Below are positions 37,310-51,179 of a stretch of DNA of 64,000 bases, in pieces; position 1 is the first letter of the stretch, and each line of letters starts with the position of its first letter. Source of the DNA: Bispira polyomma (Eukaryota); the NCBI GenBank assembly GCA_965649765.1, contig OZ287758.1, forward strand, positions 33,418,001-33,482,000, read 5' to 3'. Below the pieces are notes generated by a model. That model did no database searches. It was not told the origin of the DNA and worked only from the letters and a program-made list of their open reading frames with translations. Made by a program: the position numbers and the translations under genes.

Positions 37310-38399
37310 CTCAGGCAGAGTCGTGGCTGATGACAATGTATATGGAAGATAAAATTTGTGAATATATAGGTCAACCTGAGTTCATGTTTATGTCAATGCA
37401 ACCTACATTTTTGAAACTGTTAGTATAGATTTTTATTAAGAAAACGAATTGACTGCATTATCTCCAGAATTAAAAGAGGATATCTAGTAAGTTTAAAGGG
37501 TCAGAAAATGTATTAATTACTCTTTCACCACATATAAATCTCTAAATTTTAGCTTAAGTAATTACAGAGAAATCAGAATTTGATCAATGCCTATTTATCA
37601 CCAAACTTTTAAGATTTTTACAACAATTTCTTCACAAAGCTCAAATAATATTCATTGGATTTGGAAACTGTTTCAACTGTCGAAAAGCACACAATAATAG
37701 CTTTCTGGAGATATAAAAACGAAAATTCTAGGTCAAGTATTGATGAAGATAGAACCATTTAATGCAGTAAAACATGAGGTAAACCATTTTTATTGTAATA
37801 ATATACAGAAACCGGACTTTAAAATATGTGTGCAAAATTTGAGTTCCCTTGTTGTCGGCTGTATGTAGTCAATAATAATTTTAAACGATCTCACCGCAGG
37901 TAAGTGCTAATATATGAGGAAGTAGCAGAATTTGGGTAACACTCTGAGATTTCAGTTTTCTGGTCGTTTTGAATTATTTTGTAAACGTGAACTCTAGTAT
38001 TTTATTGTTTTGTAGAACTTGCTGGGGTCACTTCCAAATGTACAATGTTAACAATTCTCGAGAAGATCGTTTGTAACTGTATAATTTACTAAAATAAACT
38101 CTTATATTGCCGTTTTAAAATGCATACACCTGGTACGCACTTAAAGCAGATGGGCAAGAAACTATTTTAGCATTTTTTATATGATATATAGTGTATTTGA
38201 ATTCCTTTCTTTCTCTTTCTTTTATTTCTCTCTATATATATCTGGATACATATTCTGTTATATACCAGAACAGTTCATTGCTAGTTTTTTTGTGAAGTTT
38301 TTTGTATAAATATCATTATTTTAGTAAATTAACACTCTACATTGAGCTATATATCTATACACACATCTCCTATTTCTACATATTACATGTACTAGACAT

Positions 38400-40110
38400 A
38401 CAGAATGTATACTGGGTTGTTACTTTGTCTATGACTGTAAAATTATTCTAGATCTGGAAAGTCTGTATTCATGGCCCACTCATTGACAAAGACTGGATAG
38501 TGAATGGCTCTAGAGCACATAAAGGATTACAAATGTTGCTAGAAATTAAGGATCAATAAGGTGGTGATTTTAAAAGCAAGTGGATATTGGAAGTGATTAC
38601 AGCTTGGTAGTGTTTATGAAAACATATACTCAACACAATACAATTATTGCCATCATACATTTACAATTCATAATTTTCGAATTGATCCGCATAATTAAAC
38701 CACAATACAAATAGGAAAATTGGTAACATATTGTTAGACAGATCAAAAGTATTCCTTGGAACCTGATGTAGGGTTGATATTTGTACCAGACAAAAAATAT
38801 CTCTAATAGTGATATATGTCCAATATGTGACAGAAGCACTTCCCCGCACCTAACATGCAATGTTCCTCAGGGTTCTATATTAGGGTAAGACTTTTATGCA
38901 GACTTCACTAGTCCAGCAGCTGATGTTATCTAATATCATACCTGATTTTATATGCAGACGACTCTCAGTCTTACAAACATTTCAGCCTAAATTCTCTGAC
39001 AGGCGTTGTCAAATCAATTGAAAATTGTTCTTTTTCCATTAAATATTGGATGAATTGTAATCTGCTTAATACCGCTGTTCCACTATGCTGATCATAGCTC
39101 CTGATCATTATGATTATACTTTCAGTGCTTACTCGGGGACATAATCAGGGAGGCCGCTCCTCTTAGCTTCGGTATTTGGGACACTCAGAGTCCCTCAGCA
39201 AGGTTTTCAATGTTTGAAAACCTCTGTGAGTGGGTGCCAATTGGCCGATAAGTCATGGTCATTCGGGGTCAATCGTAACCTTCTAAGGACCTATCTTTTG
39301 CTTGAACGACTTATTTTTTGATGAAAAGACTTATCTTTTTCATCTAACGACCTATCTTTATGAATCAGCAACTTCAAGGACTAAAATCGCAAGGACTTAT
39401 CTCTATTAGGTTGAGACTTATCTTTATTACGACTTATCTTATCTGGTGGAGTTAAAAAAAAACCTGCTGTTGTTGCCGTCACTATTGGTGTTTCACTAGA
39501 TGTACATCAACAGGAAATCACAGATTAGCAAAATTTTATCAGCACCATGGTATCACCTGAAGAACATACTACAGATCAGAAAGTTTTCAACTCAAGAAAC
39601 CACAGACATAGTAATCCATGCATTTGTTACTTCTAAACAGGATCTTTGTAACTGTCTTTTATATAGGTTACTTAAGAACATGATAAATAAGTTGCAAAAA
39701 CTTCAAAATGCTGATGAACGGTTGGTGGTTAAAGCAAATCGATATGCCTAAGCTGGTACAATACTGAAAAGACTTTACTCGCTTCAAGTCCATGAATGGA
39801 TAGTTTTTAAAATACTTCTGATTGTGTTTAAATGCCTCAATAATCTAGCCCGACATACTTACAAGAAGCTTTAAAGAAAAATATTCCAAAACGATAGCTA
39901 CGTTCAAATTCTTTGCAGTTGTTAGGTCCAAACTGTGTAATGAACTTCCATGCGAAGATTAACATGTCAAAATGATTTAAGACTCATCTAAAAACATCTT
40001 TTTAAGAAACCCTATGCACAGGATGTAATATAATTGTACTTGATAGTTGTGTTTGATAAATTGTCTGCCAAGGGTCTGGAACACCTGCTAAAACAGACAC
40101 TTAAAATGGA
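38400..40110 (+). mobile_element. Degenerate L2 LINE ORF2, interrupted by a MITE-like insertion at ~39070-39450
   Basis: VPQGSILG (38860-38886), YADDSQ (~38950), HAFVTSKQDLCNCLLY..KLQKLQNA, WIVFKILLIVFKCL. Confidence 0.82.
39072..39450 (+). mobile_element. MITE-like element with 21-bp GACTTATC repeats (copy 1)
   Basis: ATGCTGATCATAGC..GGGGACATAA..GATAAGTCATGGTCA matches the reverse complement of 44360-44540. Confidence 0.7.
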
Positions 40111-40311
40111 TATTAATAATAGTATTATAACACCAGTATGGCCTTACAGCCAAGCTCATACATTAAATCAGAGTGACATTAAATAGGAGTGACATATACG
40201 CTGACAACATGGTATATAAACACAATAACATTTTATGAATGCTTAAAAGTAATATAATAAAAAATACATACATTCAAAATTTTTGACATATGGCCATGAA
40301 TGCTGCCTTTA

Positions 40312-40331
40312 TACATACATATATATATATA

Positions 40332-40368
<37 letters not shown>
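40312..40368. repeat. (TA)n microsatellite
   Basis: Direct observation; others at ~10982-11009, ~27476-27510 and ~51002-51065. Confidence 0.9.
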
Positions 40369-40373
<5 letters not shown>

Positions 40374-42358
40374 GGAAAATTACAGACTGAACCTCTCACT
40401 GGTTTACAGAAAAAGTGAGGAACTGAAAGAATGTGCTGATTGTATATTTGGGTAGATCCAGAGATCCAGGTAATCTTCAGACCCGAGTTCCATCATACAG
40501 TTATTGGTGCCATACCACATGATACAGGTGAAAAAAGAAATAGGAAGTCAGTAGTACCTGAATTATCGGAGAGACGATGTTGACATGTACACCGACCTAG
40601 ACCAGCGATAATATGACAATGACTTAGACAGTGGACATAAAAATGAGGAAGTCATTTTTGGTGAAGATGTTGACTTCATCAGCATATAGCAATATTACAA
40701 ATAAAAAGAATTGTTCAGTACTGTTACTTTTGTCTATCTCTCAGTTTCACAGTTACTGGTTTTTCAGGCACCAGTAATGTTGTACATAATATTTGCAGTT
40801 CTTCATTATTTCCTCTTTCAATCACGAATTCTCTGTTATCTGAAACAAGCAAAAATCTAGTAAAACTATTCATCTGTGGTGTATACACTGACACAAGCTT
40901 ATAACATTGGGCTCTACTGTTTTAAACATCAACAACAAGCTATCCTTGTGCACATGTATATCTAATATAACATATACCATACGTTACATCTGTCACTGTC
41001 CTAATGTATTGTACTCTTAAGTATTGCATGTTTGTCTGTGAAAAATTGTATGTGCTCTGTATATTGTAAAAAAAAATGAAACTATACAAACATAATTCAA
41101 ATAGATTGTTTTATTGCGCCCGAGGGGGAAAGGTACTTGAACTGAAGAAAATTCCGGGGCAACAGGTTGCAGATAAGCGAAGTCACTAAAAGACACAACA
41201 CAAACAATTCCTAGCATTTCATAACAGCCTTCTGTATAATTTCTTAAATAAAGAATTCTCTGCAGTACTAAAACATTTCAAATGTGGAGGACTGAAGGAA
41301 AGTAAAGTAATAATTTTATGTTCAGTGTTTTGCCAACAGACATAGTTTCAGGTGAATAGCAAACACCGTTGGCTACTAGCCGAAAAAGAAGGTGTCAAAG
41401 AGATTAGAGTAGCACCTAGATTGCTTTAGAATTTGCTTCCAACAAAAAGACAGGGTCCGTGTTCTATGAAAAATTTGTGGTACTGGGTATCCATTGATTT
41501 TTGTAGCAAAAAATAGGACAGTTACCAATAGCAAAGGTTAACAAATTGAACATAGTACATATATACATACATAAAAAAGATCATCATTCCATTAGTTTGT
41601 GGTTGTTATGATTAATCCAAAAGCCGGACAAAACATTACAATTTTTGGCCAACCTATAAGCACTTATTTAAAGTAATATCAGTATTTGAAAATATTTCTG
41701 CATTTTTGATGTTGTGTCAGATTTGTTAACTTTTCCTAATGGTGCCAGCTTTGTTGCTACTAAAAGCCCAAAAAATGGGGGACAGAAAACTCGGCCTAGG
41801 TACTATGCTTTGATTTCACTCACCCTGGCTAGCAGTAAGTAGATCTCTAGCTCTGCCACCCGTTTACCCACTCACATGCATGGCCCATGTCCAAACGGTA
41901 ACCAGGCAAAGCTGTGGACATGTTTGCCATCTGAGTGGAGCCACCGAACAGGTTTGAAGCTCTTTGGATCATCGTAATATTCTGGAAGTCTACCAAGAGT
42001 GTATGTGTTACCATGATATGTGTCTAAAAGGACATGAAAATAAGACGTACAGTTCTATAGCGAACTGAAACTTGTGTCAACTCGATGCAGGCCATCATCA
42101 ATGGGACATACCGTCGAAACTTGAATGTCTGAACTACATTCATGCAAATGAATTAACAGAACAGAACGTGTCTGATGTGTAATCAACAAGGATTTAACTA
42201 ATCATTCATGCATTGGATTAGATGAACAGAACTTTCTGCACAACTTTATTATTGCTTTTGTTTCCGATGAGTGATAAACAAGGATTTAACTAATTATTCA
42301 TACATTGGATTAAACTACATAATAAAGATAAACATTAATGCACCTTCAGAAACCGCAG

Positions 42359-42523
42359 GAGGACCCAGTGGCCTAGTGGTTAGCAAGCATTGCGCTTCAC
42401 AATCACTGGTCTCTCACCTCTGGTTGATCAAATGTATGCAGTGTTTCCTCCAGCGTTTCCAACTACCCGTTCCAATATAACCTAAACAGGTACTAGAGTG
42501 GACGTTAAATATCCAAATTCAAA
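42359..42523 (+). mobile_element. Same SINE family, internally deleted (no B box), in a CYP intron
   Basis: Near-identical to 61686-61934 except for ~85 bp missing; 14-bp TSD TTCAGAAACCGCAG (42345-42358, 42524-42537). Confidence 0.9.
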
Positions 42524-44039
42524 TTCAGAAACCGCAGAGAGTAGGTCATCTTTATTTAACTGTTTTGTGTAAAGAGATCTGTTCTTTATATGTAGGGGAA
42601 AAAAAGAAAAGAAATTGCTATAGAATCTGTAGAACACAAACAAAGCTTGGTTTGTGAGGTGTTGGTTTATTTTTACTACATGCACAAAACTGTTAGGCTC
42701 CTTAACATTTGTATATAAATTTTTCCAATGATTTATAAAGATTTCTTGAACTGTTCTCAGTTTGGTTCATAAATTTGTATAGACTCTTTTAAATGTTAAC
42801 TGGGGTCTGATCAAACTTCTTACCCCTTTTGGGATTCTATATCCGCACATGTTTAAGTCTTCTGCAAGTGTCCTGGTTATAACCCCAGCAATTGGATACA
42901 ACCTGTGTAACACATGTATATAAAACTAATAAACTATTCATATATGTAAATAGTATTCTACTTCAAACACTTTCCAATATTTTTTTGTTCTCCAAATCAT
43001 CAGCATCTTTTCTAACGAAAGCCTAGTTTAAATCCTGGTGTTGCCCTTCATACTTATTTATAACTCCTCTCTACTAATTAACATACAGTCAAACTTTTTG
43101 GAAACAGACAACCTTTGGACACAGCAAAATCAGTTGCTGGTATTGGCATATGTTCTATGACCAAAATGTACATATGATCTGGTGAAGTATGGGTAATATG
43201 GAATCTTAGAAATATGAGCCTATTTGCATAGAAGTAGTGTGTACTGTTGTGTATGTCTTATGTATCTTATGTTAAAATATTTGTTTGTTTTAAATTTGCT
43301 AAATGCCATGTAACTTACCAGTAATAATGTTTTTTATATATAAACCATGTATGAGGCTGTACAAGAGAAAAGGGATTTAGTTCAATTGCAATTTGCAATG
43401 CTGTGTTGCATATCACTGAAATAGTTAAATATACGTATCTGTAAATCCGGTAAATGTAATGTGGCGGACACTCACTATTACTTGTTGACCTTGAAATAGA
43501 CTTTACATAAAAGACAACCATCGTTGACAATTAGCCTTGTGACAAAGTCTTGTGACAAGTTTTAGCTATTGAAAACAGATTAAGTAGAGCAAGTAATCTA
43601 AAACCAAAGTTTATGTCTATACATAGACATCCTGACAATAAAGTCTAATCTTTTTTTAAAATTAACTCAATGTCATAATTTGCCTCCTTGCTAATGGTAT
43701 AATCTGTTTCAATGAAAATTTGACCTTGTATAGACATTTTAACTAAAAATTAGCAAATTCCAATGAACTTCTTAGAAACTGTGAATTAATGAAAGTTTCT
43801 TCCATCTAACCTTTTCTCTTATACAGTTCCCACTTTTAGAAAATTATTGTGACCACATGGAGTTATTCTCAAACACACAAATATAGCTGGTAATGCGTGC
43901 ACAGTTGTTGTGGTATCTGATTCACTAGGTTTAAGCTTATCTTAACACTACAAATAGCCTGACTGTAGCAATACTAAAAAAATTAAAACTGAGGGTACTA
44001 TTCTGTTTCCATTACAATATGACTTTGTTCGCCAGACTA

Positions 44040-44540
44040 CGATTTTGACACATGGAGATCGTCAGCACGTTGTGTCACACATTATTGGTACTGTTCCACT
44101 ATCAAGACTAGTCAGGGAAAGGGGTGAATTGTATTATCTTACTCACCCGGGAGGCATTTTTGACAAAAAGGGCGGGAAAATTTGCATAAATTTGAATGAA
44201 AAGGTCAGTTGGGAGGACTCAAAGGATAAGTCGTAACCTAATAAAGATAAGTCTTAACCTAATAAAGATAAGTCTTAACCTAATAAAGATAAGTCTTAAA
44301 CTAATCAAGATAAGTCTTAAACTAATAAATATAAGTCTTGATCTCATAAAGATAAGGTTAGTCCCGAGTGACCATGACTTATCAGCCGATGATCACTCAC
44401 TCACAGAGGTTTTCATAAACCAAATATCAAAGATGAGTCAAACGGCCTCCCCGACCTTCCCGTTTATGTCCCCAAGTATGCACCAAATGCATAGTCATAA
44501 CGGTTGGGGGCTATGATCAGCATTGTAGAAGAGGGGTATA
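44040..44540 (-). mobile_element. MITE-like element with 21-bp tandem repeats (copy 2)
   Basis: GATAAGTCTTAACCTAATAAA x6 at 44225-44358; end homologous to 39072-39270; left boundary uncertain. Confidence 0.7.
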
Positions 44541-47500
44541 TACAAGCAATATAGAACCAACAAAGATCACCTATATATGTGCGACTCAGGTGTATACTAT
44601 CTATAATTGTCTGTGTGTGGAAATAACCTATACATATAACAATTAATTTTAATAAAGCTTTCAGCACTGAATCCAGACATGCAGTAAGATTCTATTTAAC
44701 TGAACTAATCTAGCCAGAGATAAGTGGACTTCAGATTTTAGTTTTACTTGAGTATTAGCCAGGCAATGGCGTATACTTGTCAATAAAACTGAAAACCTTA
44801 ACTTTATTTGAATGTTGTCACATACAATGTACTGAAACTTAGTGGCTGCCGACACTACAAATTTTTTTCTCTAAGCTCATACTTTAACACAGACCTTTAT
44901 TGTAGGTCCCTGCATGAGACAATACATGTGACACTTTGGCGAGATACACAGACAGAAATAATAACACGCACCCACACATAATCCGGAGAAATACCTTTAC
45001 CACACACTATACTATGAACATTTGCTTTAAGTTTATATATGAGACAATACCTCTGTCACTTAAGACATACACACACATGCACACATCCATCCGAAAACTT
45101 CCTTTAGCACAGCCTTCAGTAAGGGCATTTTCTGGAGATCATTATAGGAGGCAATAGTGCTATCACCTAGGACAGACTTCTGCTCTTCCAGCAATAGATC
45201 TTGGTAGTGAGGATGTCTGGACAGTTCGTACAAACACCATTGCATGGCATTAGATGTCTGAAACATAATACATACAATGGAAGGGCTCAAGTAAAGTCCT
45301 GATATTAAGAGGGTGGGCCGATGTAAACCCCAATCTTAAAGTCAAACCTAAATAATAATATAAACCATTTCAACAAAAGCAACAACAAACATTTACTTTC
45401 CATTTACTATCTGAATAACATAAACTATAAATCATAAAATAGGCCAGTGAACAGTGAACTTGAACATGCTTTAAGAAGTTAATAGAAATGTCCTAAATGT
45501 ACTTTGATGTGTATCAACTTGAAGCATCCAACAATAGATGACCTTTTCTCATGTATCCACTCATAATATATCACTCACTTTAAGTAAAGTTGAAACAAGT
45601 GTTTTGTCAATTGAGTTGAATTTTACGCTTTTGACTAGCGGTTAGAAGCATTAGCTACAACCACTGACTCTGGCTATTGTGAAAAAATCATACATGGAGA
45701 AAGGACTTGTAACTGTTTACTAGTATGCTGGACGACTTGGGCTTTTTAACTCTTGCAGTTGTTCTGAAGAAATATATTTAGGCTAAATCAATTTCCACCA
45801 AGCCCATTGATTAATGCATCTTGTTCCCTGGCAAGGGATAGTCCTACAACATAGCATTTGTCATCATCAACCCATAAGGACGTCCTAACATCTTGCTTAA
45901 GAATATAATTTCGAATATTTATTCATTTGCAACACTTACATACACTTGCAACATCTTTGGCCATATTGGCCATATTAGAATTGAAGGTGGAGGAAACCAG
46001 TACTATTTGTAATCATTATGTGGGAAGTCTGTTAGTGCTGTGTTTGCTTTGGTGACTTAACCATATACTGCACTACATATACTTACGGTGTCAACCACTG
46101 CAGCTATCAGTTCACTGATGTTTGCACAGACTTCTTCAATTGACATTTTCTGATTGGCCAACAAACTGTATAAAAACCCACTCACATCTTCCTTATTTTC
46201 AATCTTTTGCTCTGTCTGCTTTAGCTTTTCATCAATTAACTTTTTACCTACAAAATTAAACATGATATACTGCTTACTTTATCTGTAAAGTAGAACCTTC
46301 ATTTGTCAAACATGTTGGGAGAGCATAATTTCGTTTTTATAAAGACTTTGATAAAAGAGGCAGGCTGTTTAGTGTTGAAAGAAATCCGCCTGGATTTTAA
46401 TGTCGCCCCTGACATAGACATAAAGCTCATTTTTTTTTATTTTCTAAATGTGCATATTTACTGTGCTGTTCTTGTAAATGGTTTGCTTGTTTTTTAGTGT
46501 ATCAGTCTTGTTTATCATCTTGTATTTACCTTAAACGAGAAATAGAAAATAAATTTATACTATTATTGTCACCCTTTTTATAAGAAAACACTTTACCAAT
46601 TGTAAAAATGACATCCCAAGCGTCTTCGTGCATTTTTATCCATTTCTTGCCAATGGTTTTCTTGATAAATTCTGGCGTATAAGTCACCTTTGGTATTGAC
46701 AAAATCATCCGATGTACAGCCTCTATGAACTGCTTAACTTCTTTGTCCTGGTCACTGGAGAAAGCATTGAACCTCTTCTCATAGATAACTGTACCTAAAG
46801 CTGAAAAACAATGTACCTGTGACAGAACCTAAACAAGTTGATCAAATCATTATTTCTAGCTCGGACAGTAGGTTTTTTGCCTCACCATTGTGGCGAAATA
46901 CTTTGGTGAACAGTAAAACATCTTCCATATAATCCATAGTGTCTACATCCCGATGTACACATCCGCACAATTTAAAACCAAGGCGGGGTCATGTAATAAT
47001 TCTATACTAGTATTTTAGGATATTTTAATTCTTTACTTTGGGCAGCAGACTATATTTTAAAGATAAAACATGTTCTTTAATTTAACACAATTCCAAAAGG
47101 TGTCTGTGAGGGATTGTTTTGCCATACAAAAGGATGAGTTTCCGTTATAGCTCACCAGTTGTGGCCTCGTGATCTAGATGGTGTGGGTTCAAGTCCTAAA
47201 AGTTTTATTGAAACGTCTAGGTTTTTTCATTGATAAATGTAAATGTATATATATAAATGGTATTTGAGTTTAAGCATGAGTTTAAGCACGAGTTTAAGAC
47301 CGTTAATAAATATACTTTAACCTACGTTATCATAAATGTGATTTGCGACAACTGACATCCGATATGCGATTTATTCTTGCCCTCATGTATACAAATGCGG
47401 TTTCAAATATTCTAAGTCCGGTATCCAATTCCGATGTACTAGTTATTTGGAAATGTTTCCACCTGTTTGGGCCTCATCATCTGCTTGTCAAGCAAAGTAC

Positions 47501-47749
47501 GCATGCATTTCCAATCTGGACCTCCACTAAAACAAATAATGATTATATCAAATATATAATCACATTTATATCGCCAAAGAAAGGCTAATTTTGTATGTGA
47601 GGCTTAGTCCTTCACTGATATTTACCAGATGTGGTCGAACTGTTGTGAAACCTGTGTGTGTGTAATCAGTTGAAGCTTTGCTCTTCACTGACACAGATAT
47701 ATATTATTATATTGTTCTTCCCTTTTATGAATTGATACAGTTTACATCC

Positions 47750-48012
47750 CCATTCCCAGGTTAATTCCACTTAGCATCAACCAATTTTTGCGGTCTCAGC
47801 ACCCTAAGGAAACCTATACTAGCATGTGGCCACATATGGCGCACAGAACCAACACCTATTAGTGGTCAGGTACCCATTTATACTACAGGGTGGAGAAGAA
47901 AAACTTTGTATGAAGTACCTTGGCCAATGGTACAGTTTCCAAGCTTGCATCGAGGATCAACCCAGAGATCCAGGTACAAGGTCAAACACACCAACCACAA
48001 GGCTACAGAGAC
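47750..48012 (-). mobile_element. CORE-like tRNA SINE, degenerate
   Basis: Minus strand: GTAGCCTTGTGGTT head, TTGGCCAAGGTACTT..CTCCACCC..TAAATGGGTACCTG core. Confidence 0.6.
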
Positions 48013-48779
48013 CATACAAAAGTGTTTCATGGATTCCTATAGTCATAATAGCCATTAATATAGGAGATATTTGAAAGGGTTTTTCTTAACTTTTTGTGCA
48101 CAATCATGTACAAGTGTCCAAGTGCAAGGGAGTTTTGATATTGTGACAAAAGAACTTTACACTGTTATGTGTAGACTTTCTTCAAGGCCTTTTCTCTCAA
48201 GCATTATATCAGGGCAGTTTGACCTTGTATATAGATACTGGTGCTGAGACAAGTTTGTATTTGCACAGAGGAGACTGGTCCAATTCACATAGTGGAATCA
48301 TAATGAGTTCCTGCATGGTGGATAAGGATAAAATACAAAGACTTGTGAGCCAGTCTATATCATTCCCCTCATGGGTGCAATACACAAACTTGTGTCCCAT
48401 AAAACAGATCTGCAAAATATAGTAGCTTTGCTAATGACATTAGTAGCCCTGTGTTATTTTGGTCACAAAAACTGGATCTGTTGATAATATGCATAAAAAT
48501 GACAAAAGTTTTTACATTACTATTTTACACTAATTTCAGTGCTTTTGAAGTTAGGCTGAAGTATAACTTTGAACTTAATGAGGAAGCTTCATAAAGGAGA
48601 AAAGGCATTTCTGTATAAAATAATAGAGAAACATCAAATTGTGTGAGTATAAATGAGAATTCAAATAATCCAATGTTAGGATAATAGAAATTCAGATAAT
48701 TGAGGTTCTACTGTGTTCGAGTGTTGAAAAACAACTTCATAATGCCCCACACAAACTCAAGGTGTCGTATTAGTAATTA

Positions 48780-49390
48780 TAAAGGTGTTTTAAAACAGCA
48801 CGACACGACAATTTTGTGCTACTTAAAAAAAAAGAAAATATATAAGGATTAAATAGACTGGTCCCTGCATGACAAGAAACTACACAACACAACAATTTAA
48901 CATGGAGAAATATCTAAAAAGCGTTGTGCCGTTGCATATTTCTATATTGTTTTTGCACAAATGGATGTATAGCCATGTTGTGCTGTGACGTGTCATGCAC
49001 TGTGGTGTTGCGATGTGTCGTGTAGTTGACGGTCTATAAAGGCCTTAAAGGGCCTTAAAAACCACTGACTACAGTACACCACACTAAAAAGGAAGACACA
49101 TCACGGCACGTCAGTACTATTAATATCAAACACGACAAAACACATAATTCATGTAAAATCAATACCCCATCACCAAAATTTAGGTTTTTTATTTGCATCC
49201 ATTTGTGCAAAAACAATATAGAAATACCCACTCAACGACACAACTTTTTTCAGAGATTTCTCCAAGATCAATTGCCATGACATGTAGTGTGGTGTCGTGC
49301 AGTCTGAAAAATCTATATATATTGTTTTCTTTATATTTTATTTGTAGTATTGTATCGTATCGTGTAGTCGCAGCGGTCTATAAAAGGCAT
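48780..49390. mobile_element. Two adjacent, oppositely oriented copies of a ~300-bp MITE
   Basis: TATTTCTATATTGTTTTTGCACAAATGGATG (48937-48967) is the reverse complement of 49196-49226; ACGACAC/GTGTCGT subrepeats at the ends. Confidence 0.65.
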
Positions 49391-51011
49391 ATCCCCCCCC
49401 AAAAAAAACACCCACCTGATCCCCAGGGCGTGTCCATTCTTTTTCCACTTTTTCCAGGGCTCCATGGTCAGGCGTAGTGGATACTTCCCCTCAAGCCGGT
49501 GCATCCGTTCCAGTGCCACTTTGTCGCAGATGTAGATGAAGTGATACTTCCCAAACACCACCTCCTTGTAGATCGGCCCAAATTTCTTGAAGTTTTTGTG
49601 GGAAAATTCGTGAAATTTCTGTCCAGCCCAGATTTTATTGACTGTAGGGCAGGGCATTGACTAGGTCATTTTCCAAAACCTCCGAATGATCTTTATTACC
49701 ACTATCACCACGTCTTTGCCCAGTGTCTAGACTGCTCGGCTTTTTAACTGCTGCACTCTGCACAAGGTAGGTACAAAAAATGCCTATTTTATATCACATT
49801 ATTTATTTGAATATCCAGTAATATTTTGTATTTTAATCCAGAGTAACACAAACCACAATATCACCTAGATAATTATTAAAGAAAAACGAGTTCATTTTTG
49901 GCACATTGACCTAGTTTATTGTCCTCTAATCTATCAATACCTATGTTTTCACTTCACTTTTTCTGTATATTTTGTTAACCTTTGGTTTACTGCCTGATAA
50001 AAAGGTATAACTATGAACTATCAATGTATATACAAGTTGGGCAGACCACAGCACACAACAACCCGTGCAGCAGTACTGTTACTGAACACTGATATTGAAT
50101 TTTGTCTCCAAAGGCCATGTTGCCTTTCTATTGGCCCCAACTCGGCCTTCGGCCATTTTTGTCGATTTATTGAGCAAATTTATCATATTTGTTTATGTCA
50201 ATGCAAAATATAAGCACTTGGTCAGATAGCAATGACTACATATTATTGAAGAGTAGCAACGCAGAGGACCTGGGCTTGATCCCAGCCTGGGCTTCCCAGG
50301 ATCAGTCAGACACATACCGTGACACTTATTCTCATAAAAAGGGACAATCCTTGATTTAAAAAACTGATATATGATTTAGTTGGTATAACTTTGGGCACAC
50401 ACTACTGTGCATGAGGGCAAGTATATAAATAGCTGGGGCGCGAGGAAAGAGATTATTGATAAACACTATTTTGGAACGTGCATAACTAACATTGTGGATT
50501 TAAGAGTTTCTAATTATAAATTTTGACTTGTTAAAGTTCTTTCAAAACTTTATCATGAAGTAAGTAATGTCTGCTTCTACAACAAGAGCAAGAAAGCTGT
50601 GCTGCAGGGGGAAGACATCAGACCTGATGGGTGTAACTGGCACCGATCTCATGTATCTTTCAAAATTGCCTACTTTTACATTAACTGGTATATGTATATA
50701 CCGTGTTAAAGTTATTCCTTTTTTGTGTGCATTAAAACATGATAGGATGAAAGTAATTAAAAATACGTGTACATTTGATATACCTGTAAAAGTCAGATAA
50801 CTTAAATAAACATTTTCGTAGAGATTCCCCAGATAATAACTATAGGACCAAATTTCTAATTCAATGCAACTTATAATATATTCAGTCCAATTTATCTGAC
50901 GTATTAACAAATGTTAATGCCCCATGTACATGTTTAAGGTCAGCGTTTTTATTGTATACTGATGACCGGTTGACAATAAACCAAAATTGAATTAAGCATT
51001 AATATATATAT

Positions 51012-51047
<36 letters not shown>

Positions 51048-51179
51048 TTATATATATATATATATTAAAAAAGGCAATGTGTAATGTAAACATAGTTATA
51101 ATAAGCAAGAAAATTTAGTTAATGGAATTATCTGCAGTTAAATATGCCTCCCTATATCCCAAGCTGACTTTGCATACAT

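Larger units (their letters stand above)
40720..49757 (-). pseudogene. Mitochondrial-clan cytochrome P450 (CYP24/CYP27-like) unprocessed pseudogene
   Basis: Exons ~49416-49757 (FGPIYKE), 47442-47526 (WxxMR, truncated), 46597-46800 (HEDAWDVIF), 46087-46247 (ELIAAVVDT), ~45091-45257 (KAVLKEVFG), 42824-42902 (LYP..GYRIPKG), 41824-42023 (FKPVRW, PFGHGPCM*VG), ~40720-40839 (LLVPEKP). Lesions: frameshifts in three exons, ExxR lost, heme Cys is TGA. A possible degraded first exon lies near 49980-50118. Confidence 0.9.

Noticed and set aside
41872-41874. Selenocysteine P450
   Set aside because: Neighbouring frameshifts and loss of other invariant residues indicate a pseudogene; kept only as a low-probability check.
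41330-42130. Penelope-type hammerhead ribozyme remnants near 41335-41375 and 42080-42120
   Set aside because: GAAAC and a possible stem are present but the CTGATGA core is missing.
44196-44516. ORF with LIKISLN heptads resembling a leucine zipper
   Set aside because: Translation artefact of a 21-bp tandem repeat inside a MITE-like element.
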